Notes under the pieces: model-generated
The model's database searches: none
Told to the model about the DNA's origin: nothing
What the model saw: the letters and a program-made list of their open reading frames with translations, nothing else
Assembly (NCBI GenBank): GCA_900549625.1
Contig: URPE01000002.1
Coordinates: 2,242 to 66,241 of the forward strand
DNA length: 64,000 bases
Source: an uncultured Mycoplasmatota bacterium
Lineage (GTDB): Bacteria > Bacillota_I > Bacilli_A > RF39 > UBA660
Reading direction: 5' to 3'
Program-made: the position numbers and the translations under genes
Part shown: piece by piece, positions 20,506 through 28,914 of the stretch
How positions within the stretch are numbered: the stretch's first letter is position 1
Layout of the letters: every line of letters starts with the position of its first letter

Positions 20506-20659
20506 AACATATGTCCTCCTTTCGCCTATATCTTGTATAGACTTGCTCCGTCGTAAGTTCTCTCATATTTCTAAGCAACGTTGCCTAGTGTATCAGTAAC
20601 CTCACACATCACAGCCGTCATACGTAGTTCATTCTACAATAAACATAAGCCATAGTCAA
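20506..20659 (-). promoter_or_regulatory. S10 operon promoter and ~118-nt structured leader
   Basis: Minus-sense TTGACT (20654-20659), 17 nt, TAGAAT (20631-20636). The leader contains hairpins, e.g. CUAGGCA-ACGU-UGCUUAG. Its regulatory role (L4-type autoregulation) is only inferred. Confidence 0.6.
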
Positions 20660-20810
20660 GCACTTTTCACCTTATTTTTTAATATTTTTTTTCAAACTTT
20701 TATAAGTATATATAATATAGGAAACGAAATTTATGAGTTCGACAAAACTAGACTTTATTTATTGAATAAAAAAGACTAACTCTAATACATTATATATAAG
20801 GGTGATATAT

Positions 20811-21380
20811 ATGAACATAATTCCAACAGTCTTAGAAAAAAGTAGTAATCACGAAACAGCTTATGATTTATACTCAAGACTCCTAGAAGACCGTATTATC
20901 TTTTTAACCGGTGAAATTAACGACATGACAGCCAATATTATTATCAGTGAACTCTTATACCTAGATTCAAAAAATAATGATGATATCTATCTTTATATCA
21001 ATAGTCCAGGTGGCTCCGTTACAAGTGGTCTTGCCATTTATGACACAATGAACTATATAAAAAGTGATATCAAAACAATAGTCATTGGCATGGCTGCCTC
21101 TATGGCTGCTTTCCTCCTATCAAGTGGCACAAAAAATAAAAGATATGCCCTAAAAAACGCTGAAGTAATGATTCACCAACCCTTAGGCGGTATGGAAGGA
21201 CAAGCAAGTGACATGAAAATAGCCTGTGAAAGAATTTTAAAAACTAAAAACAAACTAAATCAAATACTTGCAAATAATACTAATCAAAGCCTCAAAAAGA
21301 TTGTAAAAGATACAGACCGTGATTACTATCTTGATGCTAAAGAAGCACTAGATTATGGTCTTATTGATGAAATCTTGTAA
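20811..21380 (+). CDS. clpP: ATP-dependent Clp protease proteolytic subunit
   Basis: [32 protein letters not shown]...SMAAFLL...MIHQP matches the ClpP family (Ser-His-Asp). ATG 20811 follows AAGGGTGA. Confidence 0.96.
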   Translation: MNIIPTVLEKSSNHETAYDLYSRLLEDRIIFLTGEINDMTANIIISELLYLDSKNNDDIYLYINSPGGSVTSGLAIYDTMNYIKSDIKTIVIGMAASMAAFLLSSGTKNKRYALKNAEVMIHQPLGGMEGQASDMKIACERILKTKNKLNQILANNTNQSLKKIVKDTDRDYYLDAKEALDYGLIDEIL

Positions 21381-21562
21381 TATGTTTTTCAAAGACAGTA
21401 TATCAAAAAGTCTACTATACGAAAAGAAATTCATTAGAAAAACAAATATCAAAAATTACCAAAGAAAATGATACATATCAAAAATTTTTACTTATATCCC
21501 AAAAATTCATTCTTTTATTTTAAGTATTTTTATGTTAATATGTATTTAGTGAATATATTTCA

Positions 21563-21654
21563 TATAATAAAAAAGAGAACCTCTAGTTTTTGCTTAGCTA
21601 GACGTCCTCGTTTATTTGTGGGACGCCTAAACATTTTGTTTAGACGTTTTTTTT
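21563..21654 (+). ncRNA. Putative ~80-nt small RNA (or long clpP 3' UTR end) with intrinsic terminator
   Basis: TATAAT at 21563-21568. No credible ORF. The terminator is ACGCCUAAAC-AUUUU-GUUUAGACGU plus U7 (21623-21654). An alternative pairing GACGUCC (21601-07) with GGACGCC (21621-27) competes with the terminator arm. Convergent with the small peptide gene. Confidence 0.35.
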
Positions 21655-21656
21655 AA

Positions 21657-21761
21657 TTATAGAGAAGAGATTAAGAATAGTTTGGAAACTAAAATTAATA
21701 TGACCATAATTAACAAAAATATTAGTATCATCAACATACAGATTTCTGTATCCTTTTTCAT
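21657..21761 (-). CDS. 34-aa hydrophobic peptide (type I toxin-like)
   Basis: Own translation gives MKKDTEICMLMILIFLLIMVILILVSKLFLISSL, with one TM helix. SD AGGGG lies 6 nt before the ATG and sits in a 7-bp hairpin AUCCUCU-AGAA-AGGGGAU (21766-21783). Confidence 0.45.
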   Translation of the reverse strand: MKKDTEICMLMILIFLLIMVILILVSKLFLISSL

Positions 21762-21876
21762 GCTAATCCCCTTTCTAGAGGATACCTAACAACTAAAGGT
21801 TCGAGGCTTATTATATATCACTAAATGTAAGTATTTTGTCGAACTATATACTTTTTAGCATTTTTATTATTTTTTT

Positions 21877-23226
21877 CTATAAACTTGGTACATAAGGGTT
21901 ATTTTTTGTGCCATCGCCAGTAAATTTTAAAGTGTTCTTCAAATTTATAACCGGTCTCAAACCTTGACCTGATGTTGGATACGTATCAGTAGGATAGCCA
22001 TCTTTACCAACTGAAAAAATCACCGCAGAAATATCAGAAAATCCATACAAATTAAAATAACCAGATGGCGACATAGTCCAAAAATCCGTACCAGATATTA
22101 AGTGCCCATTTTTATTTTTAGGGGTAGAAAAGTCAGCTCTGTCATAATATCCAGCTCCACTTCCCGCAAAAACAATTTCATCCAAATTAACAAGTCCTAT
22201 AGGATAAGTAAGTTTTTTGTTACCTGCTACTGCATCAGTTACAGTATAATAATCACGACTATCATAACATTTTAAAGATGGGGTTGCACGATTAAGTCTA
22301 GTATATGATTTATAATATGTCAAAACAGAACCAGTACCAACACCAGCCAAAACATTATAAGAACTCCTATCTCCCCAAAAACCTGCATTAATATCTAAAA
22401 AAGAAGAATAAGATAATAAATATTGAGAATAAAAATTATCATTACTACTTTTCAAAGCTGAAGAAGTACTCAAACCATGTGATAAACCACTTTCATACAT
22501 ATAACCAACATACATATTATCATTGATCATTCCGTTAAAAATAACATACCCACAATTTCTATCTTCACTTGACTCACCATTGTCATGTGCTACTGTGCCA
22601 TCGTAAATCACACGAATACTTCCATTACCATTAATACGAATGATACGCCAATAAAAGCCCGCAAACTTAACATAATTATTTTCCACACTGCCTCGGTAAT
22701 AATAGCTAGTACCATCATCATCTAGGGTCTCATATATTCCTTTTTCGTGTGATTCACAAGTATCATCATCACACGCACTTTTACTAAAATCAGGTGTATA
22801 TGTATTTACCTCTATATCACCAATAGACGTACTTACTATTTTGCTAGTCTTCTCAAAATACAAATTACACCTCGTCCTTGTATAATCAGTTGCGTTATAA
22901 TTACTATAATTTCCTATAAATTGCCAACTAGCATTATCCCACTTTGCTACAACACCATTGGTACATTCACTCTTCTCTTCATTTAACGTATAACCTGTAT
23001 TCTGAGTAGGCATACTTCTCGTTATCTTCCCATCCACATAATATGCAAAATATATATCCCCTGGGTCCCCAACAGTTCCATTTATCACATTAAATTGTTT
23101 ATTACTTGTAAAAATTGCATATGTCTTATATAAATAGACACTAGCTAAAATTATAATCATCAAAATTAAAATAACAATTATAAGATTATTTCTATAATTA
23201 AGCTTTTTAAACTTTTTAAGTTGCAT
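21877..23226 (-). CDS. Large membrane-anchored/secreted surface protein
   Basis: Start is likely ATG 23224-23226 (MQLKKFKKLNYRNNLIIVILILMIIILASVYLY, a signal anchor) after AGGTGA. Cys-containing ectodomain. Motifs FYWRIIRINGNGSIRV and C-terminal GLRPVINLK...GDGTKNNPY. Family not confidently named. Confidence 0.7.
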   Translation of the reverse strand: MQLKKFKKLNYRNNLIIVILILMIIILASVYLYKTYAIFTSNKQFNVINGTVGDPGDIYFAYYVDGKITRSMPTQNTGYTLNEEKSECTNGVVAKWDNASWQFIGNYSNYNATDYTRTRCNLYFEKTSKIVSTSIGDIEVNTYTPDFSKSACDDDTCESHEKGIYETLDDDGTSYYYRGSVENNYVKFAGFYWRIIRINGNGSIRVIYDGTVAHDNGESSEDRNCGYVIFNGMINDNMYVGYMYESGLSHGLSTSSALKSSNDNFYSQYLLSYSSFLDINAGFWGDRSSYNVLAGVGTGSVLTYYKSYTRLNRATPSLKCYDSRDYYTVTDAVAGNKKLTYPIGLVNLDEIVFAGSGAGYYDRADFSTPKNKNGHLISGTDFWTMSPSGYFNLYGFSDISAVIFSVGKDGYPTDTYPTSGQGLRPVINLKNTLKFTGDGTKNNPYVPSL

Positions 23227-23258
23227 CTTATCATCACCTATCATAATTATTGTACCCG

Positions 23259-23295
23259 TTTTCCGTGTATATTTCAATACAATTTTTCCGTGTAT
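23259..23295. repeat. Two direct copies of TTTTCCGTGTAT (25-bp period) in a divergent promoter region
   Basis: Exact 12-mers at 23259-23270 and 23284-23295, between the surface-protein gene start (23226) and the XRE gene start (23319). Confidence 0.7.
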
Positions 23296-23318
23296 GATAA
23301 ATTGTTTTTGGTGAGAAT

Positions 23319-23558
23319 ATGAACAGACTAAAAGAAATTAGAGAAGACAAAGACTTACTCCAAAAAGACTTAGCAAAAATATTAAATGTATCTCAACAAC
23401 AATACTCAAGATTAGAAACAGAAGAAAACCAATTATCATATGATGGCTTAATTAAATTAGCCTTATTTTACAATACAAGCATAGATTATATCCTATATCT
23501 TACTGATGAAAGAAAGCCTTACAAAAGAAGCATTATTGATTCTAGCAAAAAAGAATGA
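23319..23558 (+). CDS. XRE-family helix-turn-helix transcriptional regulator
   Basis: 79 aa. LKEIREDKDLLQKDLAKILNVSQQQYSRLETEENQLSYDGLIKLALFY is the HTH_3 pattern. Confidence 0.85.
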   Translation: MNRLKEIREDKDLLQKDLAKILNVSQQQYSRLETEENQLSYDGLIKLALFYNTSIDYILYLTDERKPYKRSIIDSSKKE

Positions 23559-23565
23559 ACTAAAC

Positions 23566-24501
23566 CTATTCATTCTTTTCATTTTCCAAAAATTTATTTT
23601 TTAGTTTCTTCATTTTAATAAAATGATGATTAATACCTGATTTTCCTATATGATAATCTGTCTCTACTGAAATAATATCCGCTAATTCCTGATAAGAACT
23701 TTCTGGATATTTTTCTCTATATTCTAAAACCAGTTTTGTCTTTTCTTCTAACAATTCTACTAAGTCATTATCTCTTAAAAACTTTATAAGTTCTAATTGT
23801 TCCATACCTGTTTTAGTACTTTTTTCTTGATTAGCAATTTCACAATTATTAAGCCTATTAACCATATTCTTATGGTCTCTATATATTCTTATATCTTCAA
23901 AATAAAACAAAGAATTAGAAGCCCCAAACATTCTTATCATATCACTTATCTCTTCAGAACTTTTTAAATAAAGCATATAATGATTTCCTCGTTCAATAAC
24001 TTTACTATCAAATTTCATTTCATGTAAAAGATTATTCATAAATGAAGCATCATTTAATTTATTAAAAACAAATTCTAAATGATAACCACTTGTACTTGGG
24101 TCATTAATAGAGCCAATTACTAAAAAAGCCCCTCTTACAAAATCTTTTTTTTCTTCTTTATCTAATAAATAATTACTATTCATTTCTAAAAAATTACCAT
24201 TATCATAAATATTAAGTTTCTTAAGTATTTCTTTAACACTATCTTTAATTTCTAATATATATATTTGTTTAGCTCTAAACCTCTTTTGATTACGAACTAT
24301 TATCTTAGGCACTATATTAAATAAACTTTTTATATCTTTAAATACTCTTCTTGCTACACTAGCATTTTCAAAAGTAAGGGTTATAGAATTTTCTTTAATA
24401 GCCGCATCATATCTTATAATTGCGGATAATTCACTATACGTAGAAACATAATTAAGTGATGAACTAGTAATTTCTTCTTTTAATCTCGTCGAAAAAGTCA
24501 T
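23566..24501 (-). CDS. whiA: DNA-binding protein WhiA
   Basis: MTFSTRLKEEI...; degenerate LAGLIDADG-like domains (FVRGAFLVIGSINDP) and a C-terminal HTH (SYQELADIISVETDYHIGKSGINHHF). AGGAGG RBS before ATG 24499-24501. Confidence 0.88.
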   Translation of the reverse strand: MTFSTRLKEEITSSSLNYVSTYSELSAIIRYDAAIKENSITLTFENASVARRVFKDIKSLFNIVPKIIVRNQKRFRAKQIYILEIKDSVKEILKKLNIYDNGNFLEMNSNYLLDKEEKKDFVRGAFLVIGSINDPSTSGYHLEFVFNKLNDASFMNNLLHEMKFDSKVIERGNHYMLYLKSSEEISDMIRMFGASNSLFYFEDIRIYRDHKNMVNRLNNCEIANQEKSTKTGMEQLELIKFLRDNDLVELLEEKTKLVLEYREKYPESSYQELADIISVETDYHIGKSGINHHFIKMKKLKNKFLENEKNE

Positions 24502-24635
24502 ATGAAACCTCCTATAATTATTTAAACAATAATCAAAAATCACACTTTTGCAAACTTTTGCACAATAATTATCACATTTTTGTAAAAACTAGTCAATATC
24601 ATCAGAAAAAAAGGACTGTAATTAACAATCCTATT

Positions 24636-25844
24636 TTAATACATTTGTGTTCTCGAATAGAAACGCCATCCCTCTAAGTTAGGGAACCCTGGTGGAGTTA
24701 TAACATTGCTTCTTGATATTGAATAACCATTATAAAATCCTTTTGCTACTCCAAAGTGTAAATGTGCACCAGTCGTACAACTATCATAGCCACCATGACT
24801 TGTACTTGTTGAATAGCCACCGACCCAACCAATAATCGTATTTTGGTCAACAACATCACCTACATTAACATTAAATCTCAATAAATGATAATAATAAGTC
24901 GTGTATGATACTCCATTTACAACCACATCAATATATAGCATATTTCCACCGCACCAATACTGCCTAATCTTTCCAGAAACAACTCCTGCAGCTGCTGCAT
25001 AAACTGGTGTTCCTTCAAATGGACTATTACCACTTATATCAAGTGCATTATGATAAGAACCCCATCTATTACCAATCCCACTCATAATTGTTCCATAATT
25101 AAGTGGTTTAAGCCAACCATCATTAGAAATATTTCCAGTACTTTTATCAATACAATCAACATTAATTATTGCTTTATCACCTAAATCAGGCGCATACTTT
25201 TCACAACGTTTAACTGCACTATCTAAATTAGTTTTAAGTGATTTAACTTGTGTATTAATATCAAGCGCATACTTATCATAATTAGCAACGTCTTCCGTTT
25301 TAGCCTTAATTGTTGCTTCATATATAGTAATTTGTTTATTCAAATTAACTTTCTTTTGTTCTAGTTCAACCTTTAACTCTTCATTTTTCTTTATTTCTGC
25401 TTCTAAATCTTTTGTACTTTTTTCAATATAAAGAGAAAGTTGTTCTGCTACCGCTACTCTAGAAACAAAATCAGTAATTGTACTAGCCCCACTTACATAC
25501 TCCAAATAAGCATTACTACCATTTACTTGTTGTAAATAAAGTAAGACTTCTTTAACATTTTTAGTAAGTTCTTCTATTTTTTTATTAGATTCATCTATAT
25601 TTATTTGAGCCGTTTCCATTGCTTCTTCAGCTGCATGAATATCTTGTTCTGCTTGTGCTTTAGCAGCCTCATTTTGCTTTATTGCAGCCTTAGCCTCTTC
25701 ACTTTTAGCTTCATATTCTTTTTGTTCATTTAATTTAGTTTGATATTCACTTTTTAATTCTCCTAAAGTTTGTTGACTAGTTGCAAAAACCATACTAGGC
25801 ATAAAAAGTAATAAAGTAAATATCATTAAAATTTTCTTTTTCAT
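24636..25844 (-). CDS. Secreted coiled-coil M23 peptidoglycan endopeptidase (FtsEX partner type)
   Basis: Signal peptide, ~200-aa coiled coil, then an M23 domain (YHNALDISG...GAHLHFG). Stop/start junction with ftsX at 25844. Confidence 0.85.
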   Translation of the reverse strand: MKKKILMIFTLLLFMPSMVFATSQQTLGELKSEYQTKLNEQKEYEAKSEEAKAAIKQNEAAKAQAEQDIHAAEEAMETAQINIDESNKKIEELTKNVKEVLLYLQQVNGSNAYLEYVSGASTITDFVSRVAVAEQLSLYIEKSTKDLEAEIKKNEELKVELEQKKVNLNKQITIYEATIKAKTEDVANYDKYALDINTQVKSLKTNLDSAVKRCEKYAPDLGDKAIINVDCIDKSTGNISNDGWLKPLNYGTIMSGIGNRWGSYHNALDISGNSPFEGTPVYAAAAGVVSGKIRQYWCGGNMLYIDVVVNGVSYTTYYYHLLRFNVNVGDVVDQNTIIGWVGGYSTSTSHGGYDSCTTGAHLHFGVAKGFYNGYSISRSNVITPPGFPNLEGWRFYSRTQMY

Positions 25845-26737
25845 TATATCTTTAAATGCTTTCTAACGGCAAACCAAGAACTTAACATACCAACTAAAGA
25901 ACCAACTAATAATAAGAATAATGAAACATATAAAACAAATGGGAAAGGTTTAGTTAAAGTAATAATTTTTGTAAACAAATATCCTCCTGTTTTATCAAAT
26001 AAAAATACATAACCATATATACTTAAAGCGATAGGAATTATACTACCTATTACACCTAAAATAAACCCTTCAAAAACAAATGGTAATTTAATAGCCGTAT
26101 TACTAGCCCCAACTAAACGCATAATTTCAATTTCTGTTTTCCTTGAAAAAATTGTTAACTTAATCGTATTACCAATTAAGAAAGCCGTTACTAAAACTAA
26201 AGCTACAACCATGCCAATTGTTCCTAAACTAATTGCATCAAAAACACCAATAATATTTTCAACCATGCCTTCGCCATATTCAGCACTAGAAACAAACTCA
26301 TATTCTCTTAACCTTTCAGCTGTTTTCGATAAATTCCTTACCTCATCTACAGTTACTGTAATACTATCAAGAAGTGGATTAGTATCCAAATAATCCAAAA
26401 CTGATTTAAAAGTATCACTTTCTTTTTTCATTTCCGCTTTCCACTCATCTTTGCTTTTCAGTTTATAAGTATCAACGTTTTCCATAGTTTTTAAATCATT
26501 TTGAATTAAAACCTTTTGTTCTTCTGTCGTATCTTGCTTTAAATAGACAACTATAGTAAGTTCATGTTCCAAATTAGTAGTTATTTGCCTTACATTATAA
26601 GATAGAAATAAAGCCAGCGCTACTAAAATAAGAGTAATTGTCGTACACAAAATAGATGCTACCGATAAAGAAAAATTACGAAATACACTCTTAAATGAAT
26701 CTCTTATACTCCTACTTAGAATCCTTAATGCTCTCAT
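25844..26737 (-). CDS. ftsX: Cell division permease-like protein FtsX
   Basis: Four-TM FtsX architecture with a large first extracellular loop. Start at ATG 26735-26737 (MRALRILSRS...). Follows ftsE. Confidence 0.88.
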   Translation of the reverse strand: MRALRILSRSIRDSFKSVFRNFSLSVASILCTTITLILVALALFLSYNVRQITTNLEHELTIVVYLKQDTTEEQKVLIQNDLKTMENVDTYKLKSKDEWKAEMKKESDTFKSVLDYLDTNPLLDSITVTVDEVRNLSKTAERLREYEFVSSAEYGEGMVENIIGVFDAISLGTIGMVVALVLVTAFLIGNTIKLTIFSRKTEIEIMRLVGASNTAIKLPFVFEGFILGVIGSIIPIALSIYGYVFLFDKTGGYLFTKIITLTKPFPFVLYVSLFLLLVGSLVGMLSSWFAVRKHLKI

Positions 26738-27425
26738 GTACTTTATAACTTCCTTTCTTTGTGTCACTTGCAAGAGTACCATCTTCTATTACAAGTACTC
26801 TTTTTTTCATTCTATTTACTAGTTCTTTATCATGGGTAGCCATTATAATTGTCGTTCCCATCGTTTGATTAATATTTTCTAGTATATCCATAATTTCTTT
26901 TGATGTTTCAGGGTCTAAGTTTCCTGTTGGCTCATCACATATCAAAAGTTTGGGATCATTGGCAAGCGCCCTTGCAATCGCTACTCTTTGTTGTTCACCG
27001 CCACTTAACTGACTAGGTAAATTTCTTGTTTTTTCTTTTAAGCCAACTGCTTCAATCGCTCTTAAAACTTTAGGCCTTATCTCGTTATTAGGAAGCCCAA
27101 GCGTCTCCAAAGCAAAACTAACATTTTCATAAACATTTAATTTTGGCAATAATTTAAAATCTTGAAAAACAACTCCTAATTTTCTTCTTAGTTTATATAC
27201 TTTTGAATTTCTTAATTTAGCAACATCGATTCCGCCTACTATAACTTTGCCCTTAGTAGGTTTTTCCTCTCGATATAACATTTTAATAAATGTCGATTTA
27301 CCTGAGCCTGTAGAACCAATAACAAAAACAAATTCCCCTTTATCAATTGAAACACTTATATCTGCCACCGCGGTCGTGCCATTCTTATACACTTTATAAG
27401 CATGTTCAACTTTAATTAACTTCAC
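26712..27425 (-). CDS. ftsE: Cell division ATP-binding protein FtsE
   Basis: ABC ATPase with GSTGSGKST, LSGGEQQR and LLICDEPTGNLD, of FtsE length. GTG start after GAGGTGG. Confidence 0.9.
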   Translation of the reverse strand: MKLIKVEHAYKVYKNGTTAVADISVSIDKGEFVFVIGSTGSGKSTFIKMLYREEKPTKGKVIVGGIDVAKLRNSKVYKLRRKLGVVFQDFKLLPKLNVYENVSFALETLGLPNNEIRPKVLRAIEAVGLKEKTRNLPSQLSGGEQQRVAIARALANDPKLLICDEPTGNLDPETSKEIMDILENINQTMGTTIIMATHDKELVNRMKKRVLVIEDGTLASDTKKGSYKVHESIKDSK

Positions 27426-27465
27426 TTATACCACCTCGTACTTTAATAATACCACAAAAAAACCA

Positions 27466-28359
27466 TTAGATAAATGGTAAATTCTTATCTTTCACTCCTC
27501 CTTGTACTTCATAACAATCATGAATAATAAAGAAGGCGCAGGGATCAATTTCTAAAATGGTTTCTTTAAATATATAATAATCTTTGTTAGGCACTACACA
27601 CATTAAAGTATCTCTTTTTTCTTTTGTATAGCCACCTTCCGTTTCTAATATAGTAACCCCAGTATGCAAATCATTCAAAATGAAATCTGTAACTTTTTTA
27701 GAATGTCTTGTATAAACAAAAAACATTTTTGAATCACTTATACCAATTATAATTTTATCCATAATTCCCGTATACAAAACTAATATAATGATTGCATATA
27801 TCATTTGATTAATACCAAAAACTATCCCACCAATTAAAATTATAATTCCCTGGACTACTACAGAGCTTTTTCCCTCTGGCATATGTAAATACTTATTTAC
27901 TATTCTAATTAGAATATCACTACCACCTGTATCAAACCCAACTTTATAAATAATCCCATAAGCAAATCCATATATACTACCAGCTACAAGAATCGTTAAA
28001 ATAATTGAATCAAAAGTAAAATAAGGCATTAACAATTTAGCAAGAGGCATAGTAAAACTTATAAAAAGGGGATACATTATACTACCAACAAAAGAAGTAA
28101 TAGTCTTTTTAACCCCTAATAAAGTAAAGCTTAAAATAATTAAAATAGCTGTACTAACATACAAGAAAGTCTGTGGGTTCCACCCAAAAAGTTTATTAGT
28201 AACAATTGAAAGACCAGTTGTACCCCCAATAACAAAGTTATTAGGAAGCAAAAACAAATTATAATCTAAAGCAAGCAAAAATATTCCTATAAGTATTATC
28301 AAATATCTTTTATAAAAATCTTTTTTTAAGACACTTTCTTTAATCTTTTCAAAATCCAT
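27466..28359 (-). CDS. YitT-family membrane protein (with C-terminal DUF2179-like domain)
   Basis: 297 aa with multiple TM helices, GGTTG/GGSD motifs and a soluble C-terminal domain. Confidence 0.7.
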   Translation of the reverse strand: MDFEKIKESVLKKDFYKRYLIILIGIFLLALDYNLFLLPNNFVIGGTTGLSIVTNKLFGWNPQTFLYVSTAILIILSFTLLGVKKTITSFVGSIMYPLFISFTMPLAKLLMPYFTFDSIILTILVAGSIYGFAYGIIYKVGFDTGGSDILIRIVNKYLHMPEGKSSVVVQGIIILIGGIVFGINQMIYAIIILVLYTGIMDKIIIGISDSKMFFVYTRHSKKVTDFILNDLHTGVTILETEGGYTKEKRDTLMCVVPNKDYYIFKETILEIDPCAFFIIHDCYEVQGGVKDKNLPFI

Positions 28360-28367
28360 AAACCCTC

Positions 28368-28910
28368 CTATATTTTTTTTAATTCACTTAATACATAATC
28401 ATGTTTTTCAGTATCATAAACACCTCTACAATAAGGACATATACCATTATTATGAATATCAATAGAAGCCCCACAATAAGTACACTTAGGCATAATGCTT
28501 CTTTTATAACTATCTCTTCTTTTTTTAAAAGTTAATAAGTATGGCACAACTACTCTTGATTTATCATTACCAGAGATAGTATTACCACTTTCCATATCAA
28601 GCATGTATTCCATATAACGCGCTCTTAAAAATACATTTATCACAAAATAATCATCGGTAATATCTAAAGATTTTATTTTGCTATCCCAAACATTCATCTC
28701 ATCATACATATGTCGCGCACCAATATCTTTAGCCTCATTTAATATATGACTGCAATATGCATAAACAAACTCATTCATATAATGTTTCACAGTATCTAAC
28801 TTATCCATCATTATACTCGTAAAAACTTTCACAAAAACATTATTTACAAAAGACAAAAACATACTTTCATTAAAATCTTTATCATATAAACTAAATTCTT
28901 TAATATCCAT
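28368..28910 (-). CDS. Tim44-like domain protein with C-terminal zinc ribbon (cytoplasmic paralog)
   Basis: 180 aa with no TM. The core resembles the neighbour's Tim44-like domain. Ends with CTYCGASIDIHNNGICPYCRG. Confidence 0.55.
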   Translation of the reverse strand: MDIKEFSLYDKDFNESMFLSFVNNVFVKVFTSIMMDKLDTVKHYMNEFVYAYCSHILNEAKDIGARHMYDEMNVWDSKIKSLDITDDYFVINVFLRARYMEYMLDMESGNTISGNDKSRVVVPYLLTFKKRRDSYKRSIMPKCTYCGASIDIHNNGICPYCRGVYDTEKHDYVLSELKKI

Positions 28911-28914
28911 TTTA

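Noticed and set aside
20733-20760. A possible CtsR operator upstream of clpP.
   Set aside because: Only about 10 of 14 heptad positions match the GGTCAAA-NAN-GGTCAAA consensus, and the central A is missing. That is too weak to call as a feature, so I kept it only as a comment within a low-interest finding.
21468-21656. A 62-aa plus-strand ORF downstream of clpP.
   Set aside because: It has no RBS and a low-complexity Phe/Tyr/Asn-rich product. It runs through the predicted promoter, hairpins and terminator of the putative small RNA, so I interpret the region as non-coding.
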